The notes: a model not told the origin generated them from the sequence alone. Positions 24,340 through 33,837 are shown, counted from the stretch's first letter. The stretch: DNA of 64,000 nt from Marispirochaeta sp. (GCA_963676835.2 CAXXFF010000004.1:1-64000), one strand, 5' to 3'. Made by a program: numbers and translations.

Positions 24340-24939
24340 ATGATTAAACCTTCTCTGCTTTTCATCACTTTTTTATTGTTCATTTTTTCAACAAACATTA
24401 TGGCCGACACAGATCCCGTAAACAAGGGAACCTTTGAATTCGGTATTGGCAAGATCGCCGGGCTTAAGACTTCCGGCGGAGGATACTTTACTTCAGAATA
24501 CCGGCACTCCTTCGAACTCTATGCAGGAATAACCCCGGATTTAACCATAGGGTATTTTCCAAAAGAGAGGTTGTGCATTGGTGCAGGTATCTTCGCCAAT
24601 GGATACGCCTATTTTTCCCGTTCCTCGGAGAACTCTACTGCTGAAATACGAGTTCAACCGCAGCTGAAATACTATATTCCACTGTCTGAGCCGTTTTATT
24701 TCCAGATAAAAGCCTTGGGCGGAGGGTCCTGGAAAACAGATGATCAGAGCAATGCAAACTATATTCAAACCCATATCGGTATCGGCGGGGGATTTACCGC
24801 GATGCTTCTACCGGAACTGGGCTTAACCATTGGTCTTGACTGTCTGGTATTTCAGGATGAAATAAAAGACCGCAGACAAATCTCTGACACAGGATATTCA
24901 GAAACAGATTTCAGCCTGGGCTTGAGTGTCTTTTTGTAA
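24340..24939 (+). CDS. small outer-membrane beta-barrel protein (paralogue of 20864)
   Basis: FEFGIG, QPQLKYYIP and GGG..LLP.LG shared with 20864. Confidence 0.8.
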   Translation: MIKPSLLFITFLLFIFSTNIMADTDPVNKGTFEFGIGKIAGLKTSGGGYFTSEYRHSFELYAGITPDLTIGYFPKERLCIGAGIFANGYAYFSRSSENSTAEIRVQPQLKYYIPLSEPFYFQIKALGGGSWKTDDQSNANYIQTHIGIGGGFTAMLLPELGLTIGLDCLVFQDEIKDRRQISDTGYSETDFSLGLSVFL

Positions 24940-24977
24940 ATCCCTGCAGAAGGCGCCCATCCCTACACCGGCCTGGT

Positions 24978-26183
24978 TTAATACTCCCCCACCCGGATAA
25001 CATACGACACACCGTCGGGATTCTCCCATAAGGAATCATCCACGGAAAAATAGAGCATTCTGCCGCCTTCTGCGGAAAGGTGCTCCAGGGTTATGCTCCC
25101 GGAGCCGGAAGCCGATGACTGCAGAGCCCAGAAGGTATCATCCTTCCCGTAATTACTAAGACTGACATACCCGGAAACCTCATACAGTTCTATCTGCACA
25201 TCCATATTTTCAGGAGGCTCGAAACTATAGCAGCTTGTTTCTCCATAGCCGACAGTTCCATAGTATTCCGTGTACATATCCAGAAAAACCGGTGAATCAA
25301 TAGAGCCTTCAGAACCATAGGCATTAAACGCGGATTCATCCTGTTCCGGAACAATGTCTGAAGAAGAAATAAGCGGTGTGTAACCGGATTTAGCCGTAAT
25401 CAGCCGGGCAACAATATTTGTATTACCATCCCGATCCATTTTAATAGTTAAAAGGCCACCGCCGATATCGGGAGAAAAAAGGTATTGCACACGGCCTGAA
25501 TCGCCCATATCTTCAATAGCGACGACTCCCATAACTTTCCCGGAGGGAAAACTATATTCAACTTCCCCGGTTAACTGCAGGTTAGCGTACTGGCGGTTGA
25601 AAGAATCTTCCAGATCACGGTTAATCTCTTTTTGTATTTCCGCATCAATTGCCTCCCTACCCATACTCTGCACTGCCTCTTGAAGCCCCTGCCCCATCAG
25701 AGCGGTACGCTCATGATATGCCCCGGTTTCCGGATTTCGGTATCTTATCAATAACGGAACCCCCAGGGAATGGACAAGAACTTCGCAGTAGATATCCGTT
25801 TCCGCCCCGGAGATATGCAGGCTCCACCAGTCAGATTCCCCTTCGCTGCCAAGCAGGGCCTGTTCAATTGAAATTGTTTCTCCGCCATACACAACCTCAA
25901 CAGTAACACCGGTACCACCAGTGAATGCACCCTGATTGAGTCTGAAAATCTGATAGAGATAATCTTCGAAAATAGTATCTCCCCAGAGGAACTGACCGAA
26001 ATAGTCGATACTCATAAGAATCTTTTCCAGTCGAAAGGCCGGAACAACATCTTCAGGGACTGTCGGCCGGGGGTACTCTCCGGCATACGACATGACTGAA
26101 ATACACAATAAAAATACAGCCATGCTGATCCGGGTTCTGGTTCTTCCGAAAGAATAGAGATGCATATAGGGCTCCTGTTTCAA
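24978..26183 (-). CDS. secreted hypothetical protein with C-terminal PPC-like domain
   Basis: Signal-like N-terminus. The C-terminal GTVGYGETSCYSF...YFSVD resembles 23056. Start uncertain. Confidence 0.7.
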   Translation of the reverse strand: MKQEPYMHLYSFGRTRTRISMAVFLLCISVMSYAGEYPRPTVPEDVVPAFRLEKILMSIDYFGQFLWGDTIFEDYLYQIFRLNQGAFTGGTGVTVEVVYGGETISIEQALLGSEGESDWWSLHISGAETDIYCEVLVHSLGVPLLIRYRNPETGAYHERTALMGQGLQEAVQSMGREAIDAEIQKEINRDLEDSFNRQYANLQLTGEVEYSFPSGKVMGVVAIEDMGDSGRVQYLFSPDIGGGLLTIKMDRDGNTNIVARLITAKSGYTPLISSSDIVPEQDESAFNAYGSEGSIDSPVFLDMYTEYYGTVGYGETSCYSFEPPENMDVQIELYEVSGYVSLSNYGKDDTFWALQSSASGSGSITLEHLSAEGGRMLYFSVDDSLWENPDGVSYVIRVGEY

Positions 26184-26359
26184 ACTGCTTATTTAAGGTT
26201 AATGGACTTCATGATGCAGTGCAAACCTGAGTAGAATACAAATAATAAAGGAAATGACCTTCATTTCTGGAGTAGAGTAAAAATAAACCTTTTTCCCTTT
26301 CTTATAGCCCTATAGTGAGGTACCCTATAATAAAGACGGGTAAAACAAGGAGGCATCTT

Positions 26360-27028
26360 TTGAAATCAAAATACTCATTAACGGCTATGACAGTTGTTCT
26401 GGGTGCAGTACTCTTTTGCGGAACTCTCTATGCCGGAGGGCAGCAGGAGCCGATTAACCCGGCTAACCTGGATGGCAAGCTGGTTTACCTTGAGGGAGAA
26501 GTTCTGATTAACAGTCAGTCTGCTGAAATCGGGGATACCGTGCAGACGGGCGATACGGTAGTTACCAGTGCGGACGGCATTGCAGAAATAACCTTTGGCC
26601 CGAAGAATATTCTCCACTTTGGCGAAAATACCCATGCTGTTATTAACGACGGATGGAAAGGTGTAAAAATAGAAAGGGGAAGCATGGGGGCTGTACTGAA
26701 CGGCCTGGCCCGCCTGGGTTTCAGCGATGACAACCGCTTTAAAATTCAGGTCCCGACAGCTGCACTGGGAGTCCGGGGTACGTCGTTCTTTATTTCCCAG
26801 CCGGAGGAGAATGAAACCTACTTCTGCACCTGTTACGGCCAGCTGCATATTGATCCCGAAGACGGCAGCAATGCAATAGATACCGAAGCGTATCATCATT
26901 CAGCAATTTGGCTGGTTCGGACACCGGACGGAACAAAAGCATTGCCTTCGGGGCTGTATTATCATGATGATGCCAGCATGGTGGAGATGGCGAAGCGGGC
27001 CGGTACGGTTATACGCTGGAAGGACTGA
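26360..27028 (+). CDS. secreted FecR-domain protein
   Basis: RBS AGGAGG before TTG 26360; VPTAALGVRGTSF motif. Confidence 0.85.
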   Translation: MKSKYSLTAMTVVLGAVLFCGTLYAGGQQEPINPANLDGKLVYLEGEVLINSQSAEIGDTVQTGDTVVTSADGIAEITFGPKNILHFGENTHAVINDGWKGVKIERGSMGAVLNGLARLGFSDDNRFKIQVPTAALGVRGTSFFISQPEENETYFCTCYGQLHIDPEDGSNAIDTEAYHHSAIWLVRTPDGTKALPSGLYYHDDASMVEMAKRAGTVIRWKD

Positions 27029-27137
27029 TTCAGGGGACAGCTTTACCTGAATCAGTTCAAATACAGTCTATCAGTGAAATTTTATCTTACTTTTCTTCAC
27101 AATGCCGGGCCTTCGTTTAATTAACCTGTCTAAGCTT

Positions 27138-27884
27138 CTATAGAATATGCTTTATGTAAAATGCCAAGAAGATGGACAGCGATGCTGACAACAGTGTACC
27201 GATTAGCACATATTCGGCAAAATTCCTGTCTTCAAGCTCCCTGAAACGGGTTATTCCTTTGGCAGTAAGAATAAAGCCGATAGAGGCATAGCTTCCGATA
27301 AGAACAAAAAAGAAAAACAGCAGTCTTTCTATTATTCCGATAACCTTTCCCCGGCGAAGTTCCCGGCTGTCTTCCTTTTCTTCAGAACCGCGCTCAGCCG
27401 GCACAACATGTATAAGATCAAGGACAAACCGAATAACATTATTAATCTCGTTAACTGCAACGAGCATTCCAAACAGAACAATCAGAATTGTATTTGCAAC
27501 AGAACCATCTATGAGTGCAGTAAAGGTATTTGCTCTGAATATCCCTGCTATGCAGATAACAGCGAAGGCATTAAAGGCGGTTCCTTCAAGTACTGTTCCG
27601 AACAGAAATCCTGCAAAGAGAGTGATAAACAGAAATTGGATCACCCGTTTTACAAAAATATTTTTTCCATTTAATTCCAGAGCAGCCGCAAAAAGATGAT
27701 AGTACAGAAACCAGGAGAGAAAAAATAAAATATTTGAAATAGAATACAAAGGCATAAGCAATATCAGTTCAATGAGAAGAGCAAGAAGATTAACCTTAAT
27801 TACATCCTTTGCTGCTTCTCTCCACTGCAGAAAAATCCGCGGCAGAAGCATTGCAACAAGAAACCAGGCCAGTTCACTTTTCAT
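27138..27884 (-). CDS. multi-TM protein, DUF3307/SatE-like
   Basis: GKVIGIIERLL...AKGITRF...FAEYVLIGTLLS; ATGA overlap with satD. Confidence 0.8.
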   Translation of the reverse strand: MKSELAWFLVAMLLPRIFLQWREAAKDVIKVNLLALLIELILLMPLYSISNILFFLSWFLYYHLFAAALELNGKNIFVKRVIQFLFITLFAGFLFGTVLEGTAFNAFAVICIAGIFRANTFTALIDGSVANTILIVLFGMLVAVNEINNVIRFVLDLIHVVPAERGSEEKEDSRELRRGKVIGIIERLLFFFFVLIGSYASIGFILTAKGITRFRELEDRNFAEYVLIGTLLSASLSIFLAFYIKHIL

Positions 27885-28516
27885 TCGTGTTTTGTAATCC
27901 TCTGGATTTCTCTGTCTGCCGCATTCAAGACATCCAGGATTTCCCGTACATGGTTGGTGGCAACAGATTTATATACAGCACGCTGCTTGATGTCTATTTT
28001 TAAAAGAATATCCTGAATCGTCAAGCCTGCCGCAAGCCCGCTGAAAATACTCCAGGTATTGCCTTTCCAGCCTGCCATTACCCCCTGAACCAGTCGTAAA
28101 GACGGGTTCAGCATGGATTCAGCAAGTTCCGTTCCTCCGGAAAAGACTTGAATAACTGATGAATCATACTGTTTCAACCAGTTCAACCCATCCCTTGCCG
28201 CATGAAATGCAGGTCCATCCATGCCGAGGGCAGACTCAGGATTCAGATCTGTACTCAGGTTTCCTATGCCTACAGCAAACCTCACCTGCGCAGGATGCAG
28301 ATGTGCGATCAGCAGGCTTATATCCCGTATAAGCCCGGTTCCATACTTATACACCGCCTGAAATTCATCTCCCAGGGTTATGGTGTAAGGAGAAATAATA
28401 CCAGCTGAACCGGAATTCAGTGCAGACAACGCATCTTCCATTTGCTTTTGAAACTGTCTGCGGTCTGGAAGATCACGTGACTTAACAATGTCTGCAATCA
28501 CAGCTGCTACTTTCAT
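27881..28516 (-). CDS. satD: SatD-family protein (nucleotidyl-cyclase-like palm plus C-terminal HTH-like region)
   Basis: IADIVKSR, TLGDEFQ, RFAVGIG and DGPAFHAAR; C-terminal TIQDI...IKQRAVYK. Confidence 0.82.
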   Translation of the reverse strand: MKVAAVIADIVKSRDLPDRRQFQKQMEDALSALNSGSAGIISPYTITLGDEFQAVYKYGTGLIRDISLLIAHLHPAQVRFAVGIGNLSTDLNPESALGMDGPAFHAARDGLNWLKQYDSSVIQVFSGGTELAESMLNPSLRLVQGVMAGWKGNTWSIFSGLAAGLTIQDILLKIDIKQRAVYKSVATNHVREILDVLNAADREIQRITKHE

Positions 28517-28522
28517 CACCAC

Positions 28523-28571
28523 AATTGTACCATATAGGTACAATTATTGTCTATTGTACTTTTTAAGTACA
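28523..28571 (-). promoter_or_regulatory. satD promoter with two GTAC-N7-GTAC palindromic operators
   Basis: AATTGTACC-atata-GGTACAATT (28523-28545) and TGTACTT-ttt-AAGTACA (28555-28571). TAGACA-18-TACAAT on the minus strand ends 7 nt before the ATG. Confidence 0.7.
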
Positions 28572-28675
28572 TTTCAATAATTTTGCACGGTATCAGTTCA
28601 TAATAAAGCTGTAGACAAAACGGTGTGAAGTTCCCCTTGCCGGAAGAACAGGAAAAATCTTATCTTTAGACTAAT

Positions 28676-28835
28676 GGGCAGCTCTAAAAACTACTCTTTT
28701 CTCCATATTCTTCGTCGTCAAGATTTCCCGCGGTCCACTCCAGCTACTTAATCGAAGATTAAATAGCTGGGTGCGGGCGCTACAAAATCTATCCTCCTTG
28801 ACTATGGGAAAAATACCACGTTTTTAGAGGTGCCC
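28676..28835. mobile_element. 160-bp MITE-like element
   Basis: 16-bp terminal inverted repeats GGGCAGCTCTAAAAAC / GTTTTTAGAGGTGCCC (15/16 match), internal hairpins, no ORF. Confidence 0.75.
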
Positions 28836-28868
28836 AGATATTAAACCTCATCCCGGAAGGAGATATAA

Positions 28869-29654
28869 ATGGAGTCTATATATTTTTCTCATGGCGGAGG
28901 GCCTCTGCCCATCCTTGGCGATCCGACCCATAAGGCAATGATCGATTTTATGAAAGATCTTCCTTCCCGTATAAGCAGGCCCGATGCTGTGGTTGTCGTA
29001 AGCGCCCACTGGGAAGAGTCTGTACCAACAGTACTTGCCGGAGAAGCGCCGGACATGCTGTACGACTATTACGGGTTTCCGGAAGAGGCTTATTCTATAC
29101 AGTATCCTTCCCCGGGAAATCCTCAGCTATCGGAAGAAATAGAAGCACTGCTGAAGGATGCCGGGATAAAGACCGCCAGCAACCGTGAGAGAGGTATCGA
29201 CCATGGCGTATATATTCCCATGAAAATGATGTATCCCGATGCGGATATTCCGACCATACAGCTATCCCTGGTTAAAGGGATGGACCCGGAAATACACCTG
29301 AAAATTGGGGAGGCCCTTCAGGGCCTTAAAGAGAAAAATATCCTGCTTATCGGGTCCGGTTTTTCCTTTCATAACATGCAGGCTTTTGACTGGAGCGGCA
29401 GTAACCGCCCGGACGACATCAATGATGCCTTTCAGGACTGGCTTATTGATACCTGCACTGGAGATATGCAGCCGGAAGCCAGAAAAAAACAGCTTGCCGA
29501 CTGGAAAACTGCCCCTGGGGCACGCTACTGTCACCCCAGAGAAGAACATCTACTGCCTCTGCATGTCTGTTCATCCTGTGCGGCAGCCCCGGCAGAAAAA
29601 ATATTTGACGATTATATTCTGGGTAAACGCGCTGTGGCGTTCCTCTGGAAGTAA
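28869..29654 (+). CDS. class III extradiol dioxygenase (LigB/YgiD/DODA-like)
   Basis: SHGGGP, SAHWE, DHG, GSGFSFHN and HPREEHLLP. Confidence 0.92.
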   Translation: MESIYFSHGGGPLPILGDPTHKAMIDFMKDLPSRISRPDAVVVVSAHWEESVPTVLAGEAPDMLYDYYGFPEEAYSIQYPSPGNPQLSEEIEALLKDAGIKTASNRERGIDHGVYIPMKMMYPDADIPTIQLSLVKGMDPEIHLKIGEALQGLKEKNILLIGSGFSFHNMQAFDWSGSNRPDDINDAFQDWLIDTCTGDMQPEARKKQLADWKTAPGARYCHPREEHLLPLHVCSSCAAAPAEKIFDDYILGKRAVAFLWK

Positions 29655-29764
29655 GCCTGCTGTAACACCTGTATAGCTACTCTGGTCCGAACAGGCCGGG
29701 AAAAATTAAAAATCGGCTGTTTTCTCCCTAATCTGCCATATCTTTCTGATAAAGGAGGAAAGTG

Positions 29765-30070
29765 ATGGCAGAATACACATTCGACGGTAAAGACCTGCGC
29801 AACGCTACCGGCAAAAAGCTGGGAGAAGTGGACAGGAGCTATATCCGCAGCTGCAATGCTGCATTATTAGGGGAACTGGACAGAAAGAACATCCGGGATC
29901 CCCGGGGAAAAAAGATCCTTGAGTTTGACGGAAAAACCGTCAAAGACGACAGGGGCAAAAAGATTGCCACCATCGCGGAAATCAGTACTCTAATTGACGG
30001 GGATCCGGGCATAGATATGGTTGCTGCCTGGTATTTCTTTATTAAAACCCAGACTGCTTTTATGGCCTGA
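29765..30070 (+). CDS. small beta-hairpin repeat protein
   Basis: RBS AGGAGG; four ~16-aa repeats of D.K..R...GKK(L/I). Confidence 0.75.
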   Translation: MAEYTFDGKDLRNATGKKLGEVDRSYIRSCNAALLGELDRKNIRDPRGKKILEFDGKTVKDDRGKKIATIAEISTLIDGDPGIDMVAAWYFFIKTQTAFMA

Positions 30071-30171
30071 CAACATTCAGCCGGGAGAGTATTACTTTCC
30101 CGGCTTCTCTTGTAAATCGACCGCCTGCGCCATGCTATACTGATCGGGAACAAACAGAAGGAGTACTGCTT

Positions 30172-30957
30172 ATGCCGGGCATCAGTTTTCGCATTCTCTA
30201 TCTTGGTCATATCTACTGCAAAAAAAATCACCTCATTCAGACAGAAAACACAGAGGAGATGTACCGGTCACCAATGCTTGCGGTGCTGTTCCGGCATCCG
30301 GAATTGGGAAACATTCTCTACGACACGGGCAACAGCAGAATGGGAGATGCGATTTATTCTCCCTCCATGCGGGAAAATTACCCGGTTCCTGAAGTTATAA
30401 CCATTGATACAGCTCTGGCGGATCTTGAGATGAGTATTGAAGATATCGATATTCTTATTCTGTCTCATATGCATATGGACCATACCGGAGGCCTTCCACT
30501 TTTTGCCAATTCCAAAGCTGCAGCCCGGGGTGTGATTATCAGCGAACCCGACGCAAAAGAGGCATTTTTTGCTGTTCATACAAAGTCTGATCCCGGCCCC
30601 TTTGTAAAAGAATCAATCTGTGATATCCCAGGCCTCAACTTTACGCCTATTAGCGAAGAAACATCCCTGGCCGAGGGGTTCACCATGTTTCTTCAACCGT
30701 GTCATACCCCGGGAGTGCTTGGTCTGATTATAGAAACCGCAAACTCGGGAAACTTTATCTTTACCTCCGATGCAGTTTACACAGAGGAGGCCTATGTAAA
30801 GGAGCTGCCCCCCGGGGGAAGTATAAACCGGACGGATACTGAGTTTTTTAACTACCTGAAAAGCCTGAAGAAACTGGAGAAAAAGCACAAGGCAACTATA
30901 CTATTCGGTCATGATATAGAGCAGTATAAAAAATGGGGAAACTGCTGGATAAGTTGA
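30172..30957 (+). CDS. AHL-lactonase-family metallo-beta-lactamase-fold hydrolase
   Basis: DTG, HMHMDHTGG, HTPG, SDAVY and FGHD. Confidence 0.85.
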   Translation: MPGISFRILYLGHIYCKKNHLIQTENTEEMYRSPMLAVLFRHPELGNILYDTGNSRMGDAIYSPSMRENYPVPEVITIDTALADLEMSIEDIDILILSHMHMDHTGGLPLFANSKAAARGVIISEPDAKEAFFAVHTKSDPGPFVKESICDIPGLNFTPISEETSLAEGFTMFLQPCHTPGVLGLIIETANSGNFIFTSDAVYTEEAYVKELPPGGSINRTDTEFFNYLKSLKKLEKKHKATILFGHDIEQYKKWGNCWIS

Positions 30958-30965
30958 AGGAATCT

Positions 30966-32579
30966 TTAATCCGGCTCCTGGTTCTCCAGAGGGAAAAGCA
31001 GAGTATATTTTGTCTCCCCTGATGTTTCCAGACTGAGTCTTCCCTTATGCTGTTCCACCAGACTATTGATAAGCATAGTACCCAAGCCGCCTTTGGAGCC
31101 TTCCTCATAAGGCTTTCCATTATTTGCGATGGTTAGCTGAATGAAACCTGCATCAAGTTTACCGCGGATACGCAGAGTCCCATTCGGTTCGAGGCCGTAC
31201 TTGATTGCATTGGTAACAATCTCGGAAGAAACAAGGCCGAAGGAAACCGCCTGCCGGGGATTAAGCTGAAATGGATCTATCTGGCAATCAAGATTTACCG
31301 GAAAAGAGCAGAACGAGGCAAGAATAGTTTCTACCAGCCCCCGGATATATTCAAAAGCTGAAATGCTGGTTAGATCACTGCTCTTATACAGGGCATTATG
31401 AACATCCTGAACAGCAAGAATACGAGCCTGAAGATCATTCAGAGTCTGTGCCGTAAATGGACCACCCCCCATGGAAACAAGACTGATAATACTACTGATA
31501 AGAGAGAGGCTGTTTTTTACCCGGTGATGTATCTCCTTTAAAAGGAGTTCCCGCTCGTGGTTAGTCTTAAGCAGCTGCTGGTTTACTTCCTGGAGTTCAT
31601 CTGCATGGAGAGAAATCTGCAGGGCATTCCTCTTTACCTGAAAATAATAGCTGATAAAAGCCGCCAGGACTCCCAGCGCAAACAGAACAACCACCGCCTG
31701 CATGGTCTGGTAAAGCCATACCTGTTTATCTGTAGATATATCGGACACAACAAACACCTGAAAGGGAAAGCCCTGTATGGAATAAACGGATACAGCATTA
31801 TCGCCGTAAAGATCCACCACAGAACCGCCGCTTACGCTGGCTGCATCCCGCTCTCCAACCATTTGATGACGAACCCAATCTTCCGCCGCGCCGGCATAGC
31901 CCTTTTCTGTACGTTCAAACAGCTGCCTGCCGTCGGCACTATAAACCCCTGAGCGGACTACTTCCCGGAGAAGAGGCTCCTCTTTTGAAGGGAGCAGAGA
32001 ACTCATCATACAGACGGCTTCTACTATGGCGACAAGATTACCCTGAGAATTCCTTATTGCCCTACTCATGTGGATATGATACTGATCCTCGCCCTCCATC
32101 CGGTGAACACCAATTTGATATTTCGCACCGGGGCGGTTCAATTCAGAAGAGGAATAGTTCTCAAGATTGTCTCCTACGGGAAAGCCCGGGCTATGCCAGA
32201 TGCGCTTCCGGTCGGGACTCAGTAAAACAATATATCCAACTTCCGGCATCAGAAGTAATTCATCAAGAATTCTCCGCTCAAAAACACCGGTGGCAGCCAC
32301 AGTGTCAACCGGCCTCTCATCTGAGATAATCCCGGCGCTGATTCGCAGCAGGGTATCTACCCGGTTGAGATTATTCGTAAGGTTATCCGCGATGATCCGT
32401 GCCCGGTATTCCGTAGCCTCCATTGAGGCCAGTTCCATATTATGCAGACGGCTGCGGGCACTTGCCACTGCATATATGGTAACAAGCGCGGTAACCGCCA
32501 GCAGGATTAACAGGGGAATTTGCCAGAAATTACTCTTTTTATTCAGTCTCACACCAGAACTCACTGCCTTGAATTGCAC
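30966..32579 (-). CDS. periplasmic-sensor (Cache-like) histidine kinase, HisKA_2 type
   Basis: Two TM segments flanking a sensor domain; EIHHRVKNS, NAIKY and GLG. Confidence 0.88.
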   Translation of the reverse strand: MQFKAVSSGVRLNKKSNFWQIPLLILLAVTALVTIYAVASARSRLHNMELASMEATEYRARIIADNLTNNLNRVDTLLRISAGIISDERPVDTVAATGVFERRILDELLLMPEVGYIVLLSPDRKRIWHSPGFPVGDNLENYSSSELNRPGAKYQIGVHRMEGEDQYHIHMSRAIRNSQGNLVAIVEAVCMMSSLLPSKEEPLLREVVRSGVYSADGRQLFERTEKGYAGAAEDWVRHQMVGERDAASVSGGSVVDLYGDNAVSVYSIQGFPFQVFVVSDISTDKQVWLYQTMQAVVVLFALGVLAAFISYYFQVKRNALQISLHADELQEVNQQLLKTNHERELLLKEIHHRVKNSLSLISSIISLVSMGGGPFTAQTLNDLQARILAVQDVHNALYKSSDLTSISAFEYIRGLVETILASFCSFPVNLDCQIDPFQLNPRQAVSFGLVSSEIVTNAIKYGLEPNGTLRIRGKLDAGFIQLTIANNGKPYEEGSKGGLGTMLINSLVEQHKGRLSLETSGETKYTLLFPLENQEPD

Positions 32580-32581
32580 CG

Positions 32582-33595
32582 CTATCTTTTATCCAGAGCA
32601 AGAAATGAGGGATCAAGAGAAAGGCTCTGAATCATATTTTCCCTTTCGCCCTGCAGCAGTAACCTGGTTGTCCTGATCTCGTTATATGCGGGAGAGAATA
32701 TCTGCATACCATTTGCTTCTGCGATTTTACGGGCTTCCCACTGGGCTTCCGCGGCTGCCCGTTTCTGCTCGTCGGCGGCATTGTTCCAGACTTCGCGGAA
32801 AATCTGCTGCTGCTCAGGAGTAAGAACCTGCCAGAAAGATAAAGATACCATGGGAATGTACTGGGGAAAGTATTCACTATCGGTATATGCATACTGCAGA
32901 CCGTACTTCCACATTTCTGCACTGCGAATACTTTCGAAGGTGGTAAGAACACCATCCACATAGCCGTCTTTAATGCGCGGCGGAAGGTCGGGCCATGAAA
33001 TAATCACCGCCTCAGCCCCGAGAGCTTCCACCCGCATCTTATTCACGTTCCCACCGGCTACACGGATTCTTAGACCGTTTATGTCAGAAATTTTCCGTAT
33101 CGCCTTATGGGTAGTAAAAAGATGGGCAGGACCGAGATCCATCCAGACTCCGGGAATCACCACATTAAGTTTTGATTCGATGCGGCGGATAATCTCCTGC
33201 CCGACAGGCTCACCCAGGACCCTATCCATTTCCGCAGAGCTTGCACCATAAAAATCGGGTAAAAGAAAGTAGTCGGTTTCCGGTATATATTTGCCCAGCT
33301 GCCAGGTGCCGGGAACCGCCATTTCTACATCACCGCGAACAAGGGCTCCCACAACCTGACTGTCACGGTAAAGCCTGGCACTATGGTAGACTTCTACTTC
33401 AATGCTGTTCTGCAGACGCATCCGCAGCTCCTGGGCAAAATTCATCACCGCCTGAGTCTGAACATGGGTCTCTGAGTTTTCAATGGAAATTCGTAAACGG
33501 GGACGGGGTTCGGCATATATTGACGTAGTTATTGCAGTTATAATGACAAGGATTATCAGAAATTGATATATACCCGGTTTCACTGGCACCCCCAT
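32582..33595 (-). CDS. TRAP substrate-binding protein (DctP family), orphan
   Basis: Signal segment, DINGLRIRV, ALGAEAV and GYVDG. Confidence 0.88.
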   Translation of the reverse strand: MGVPVKPGIYQFLIILVIITAITTSIYAEPRPRLRISIENSETHVQTQAVMNFAQELRMRLQNSIEVEVYHSARLYRDSQVVGALVRGDVEMAVPGTWQLGKYIPETDYFLLPDFYGASSAEMDRVLGEPVGQEIIRRIESKLNVVIPGVWMDLGPAHLFTTHKAIRKISDINGLRIRVAGGNVNKMRVEALGAEAVIISWPDLPPRIKDGYVDGVLTTFESIRSAEMWKYGLQYAYTDSEYFPQYIPMVSLSFWQVLTPEQQQIFREVWNNAADEQKRAAAEAQWEARKIAEANGMQIFSPAYNEIRTTRLLLQGERENMIQSLSLDPSFLALDKR

Positions 33596-33672
33596 GAATC
33601 AAGCATAAGCAATGGGACTGGCAGGTGCAAATAAAATGCGGAGAGAATCGGAAGATTCTTTCCGCATATTTA

Positions 33673-33837
33673 TCAGTCTTTCCAGGTTACGGTGATTTTC
33701 TCCCCGGGGATTTTTTCCTTGATGATCTCCGCAAGACGGACCAGTTCATCTTTACAGCAGTCAACGGTTTTACCATCCATTAGCCGGGTTTTCAACTCAT
33801 CCGCAAACTGGGTAAGGGTAATCTCCTTCTGTGACAT
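33673..33837 (-). CDS. 54-aa small protein
   Basis: Strong RBS GAGGAGG before ATG 33837; amphipathic helices with a central CC. Confidence 0.7.
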   Translation of the reverse strand: MSQKEITLTQFADELKTRLMDGKTVDCCKDELVRLAEIIKEKIPGEKITVTWKD

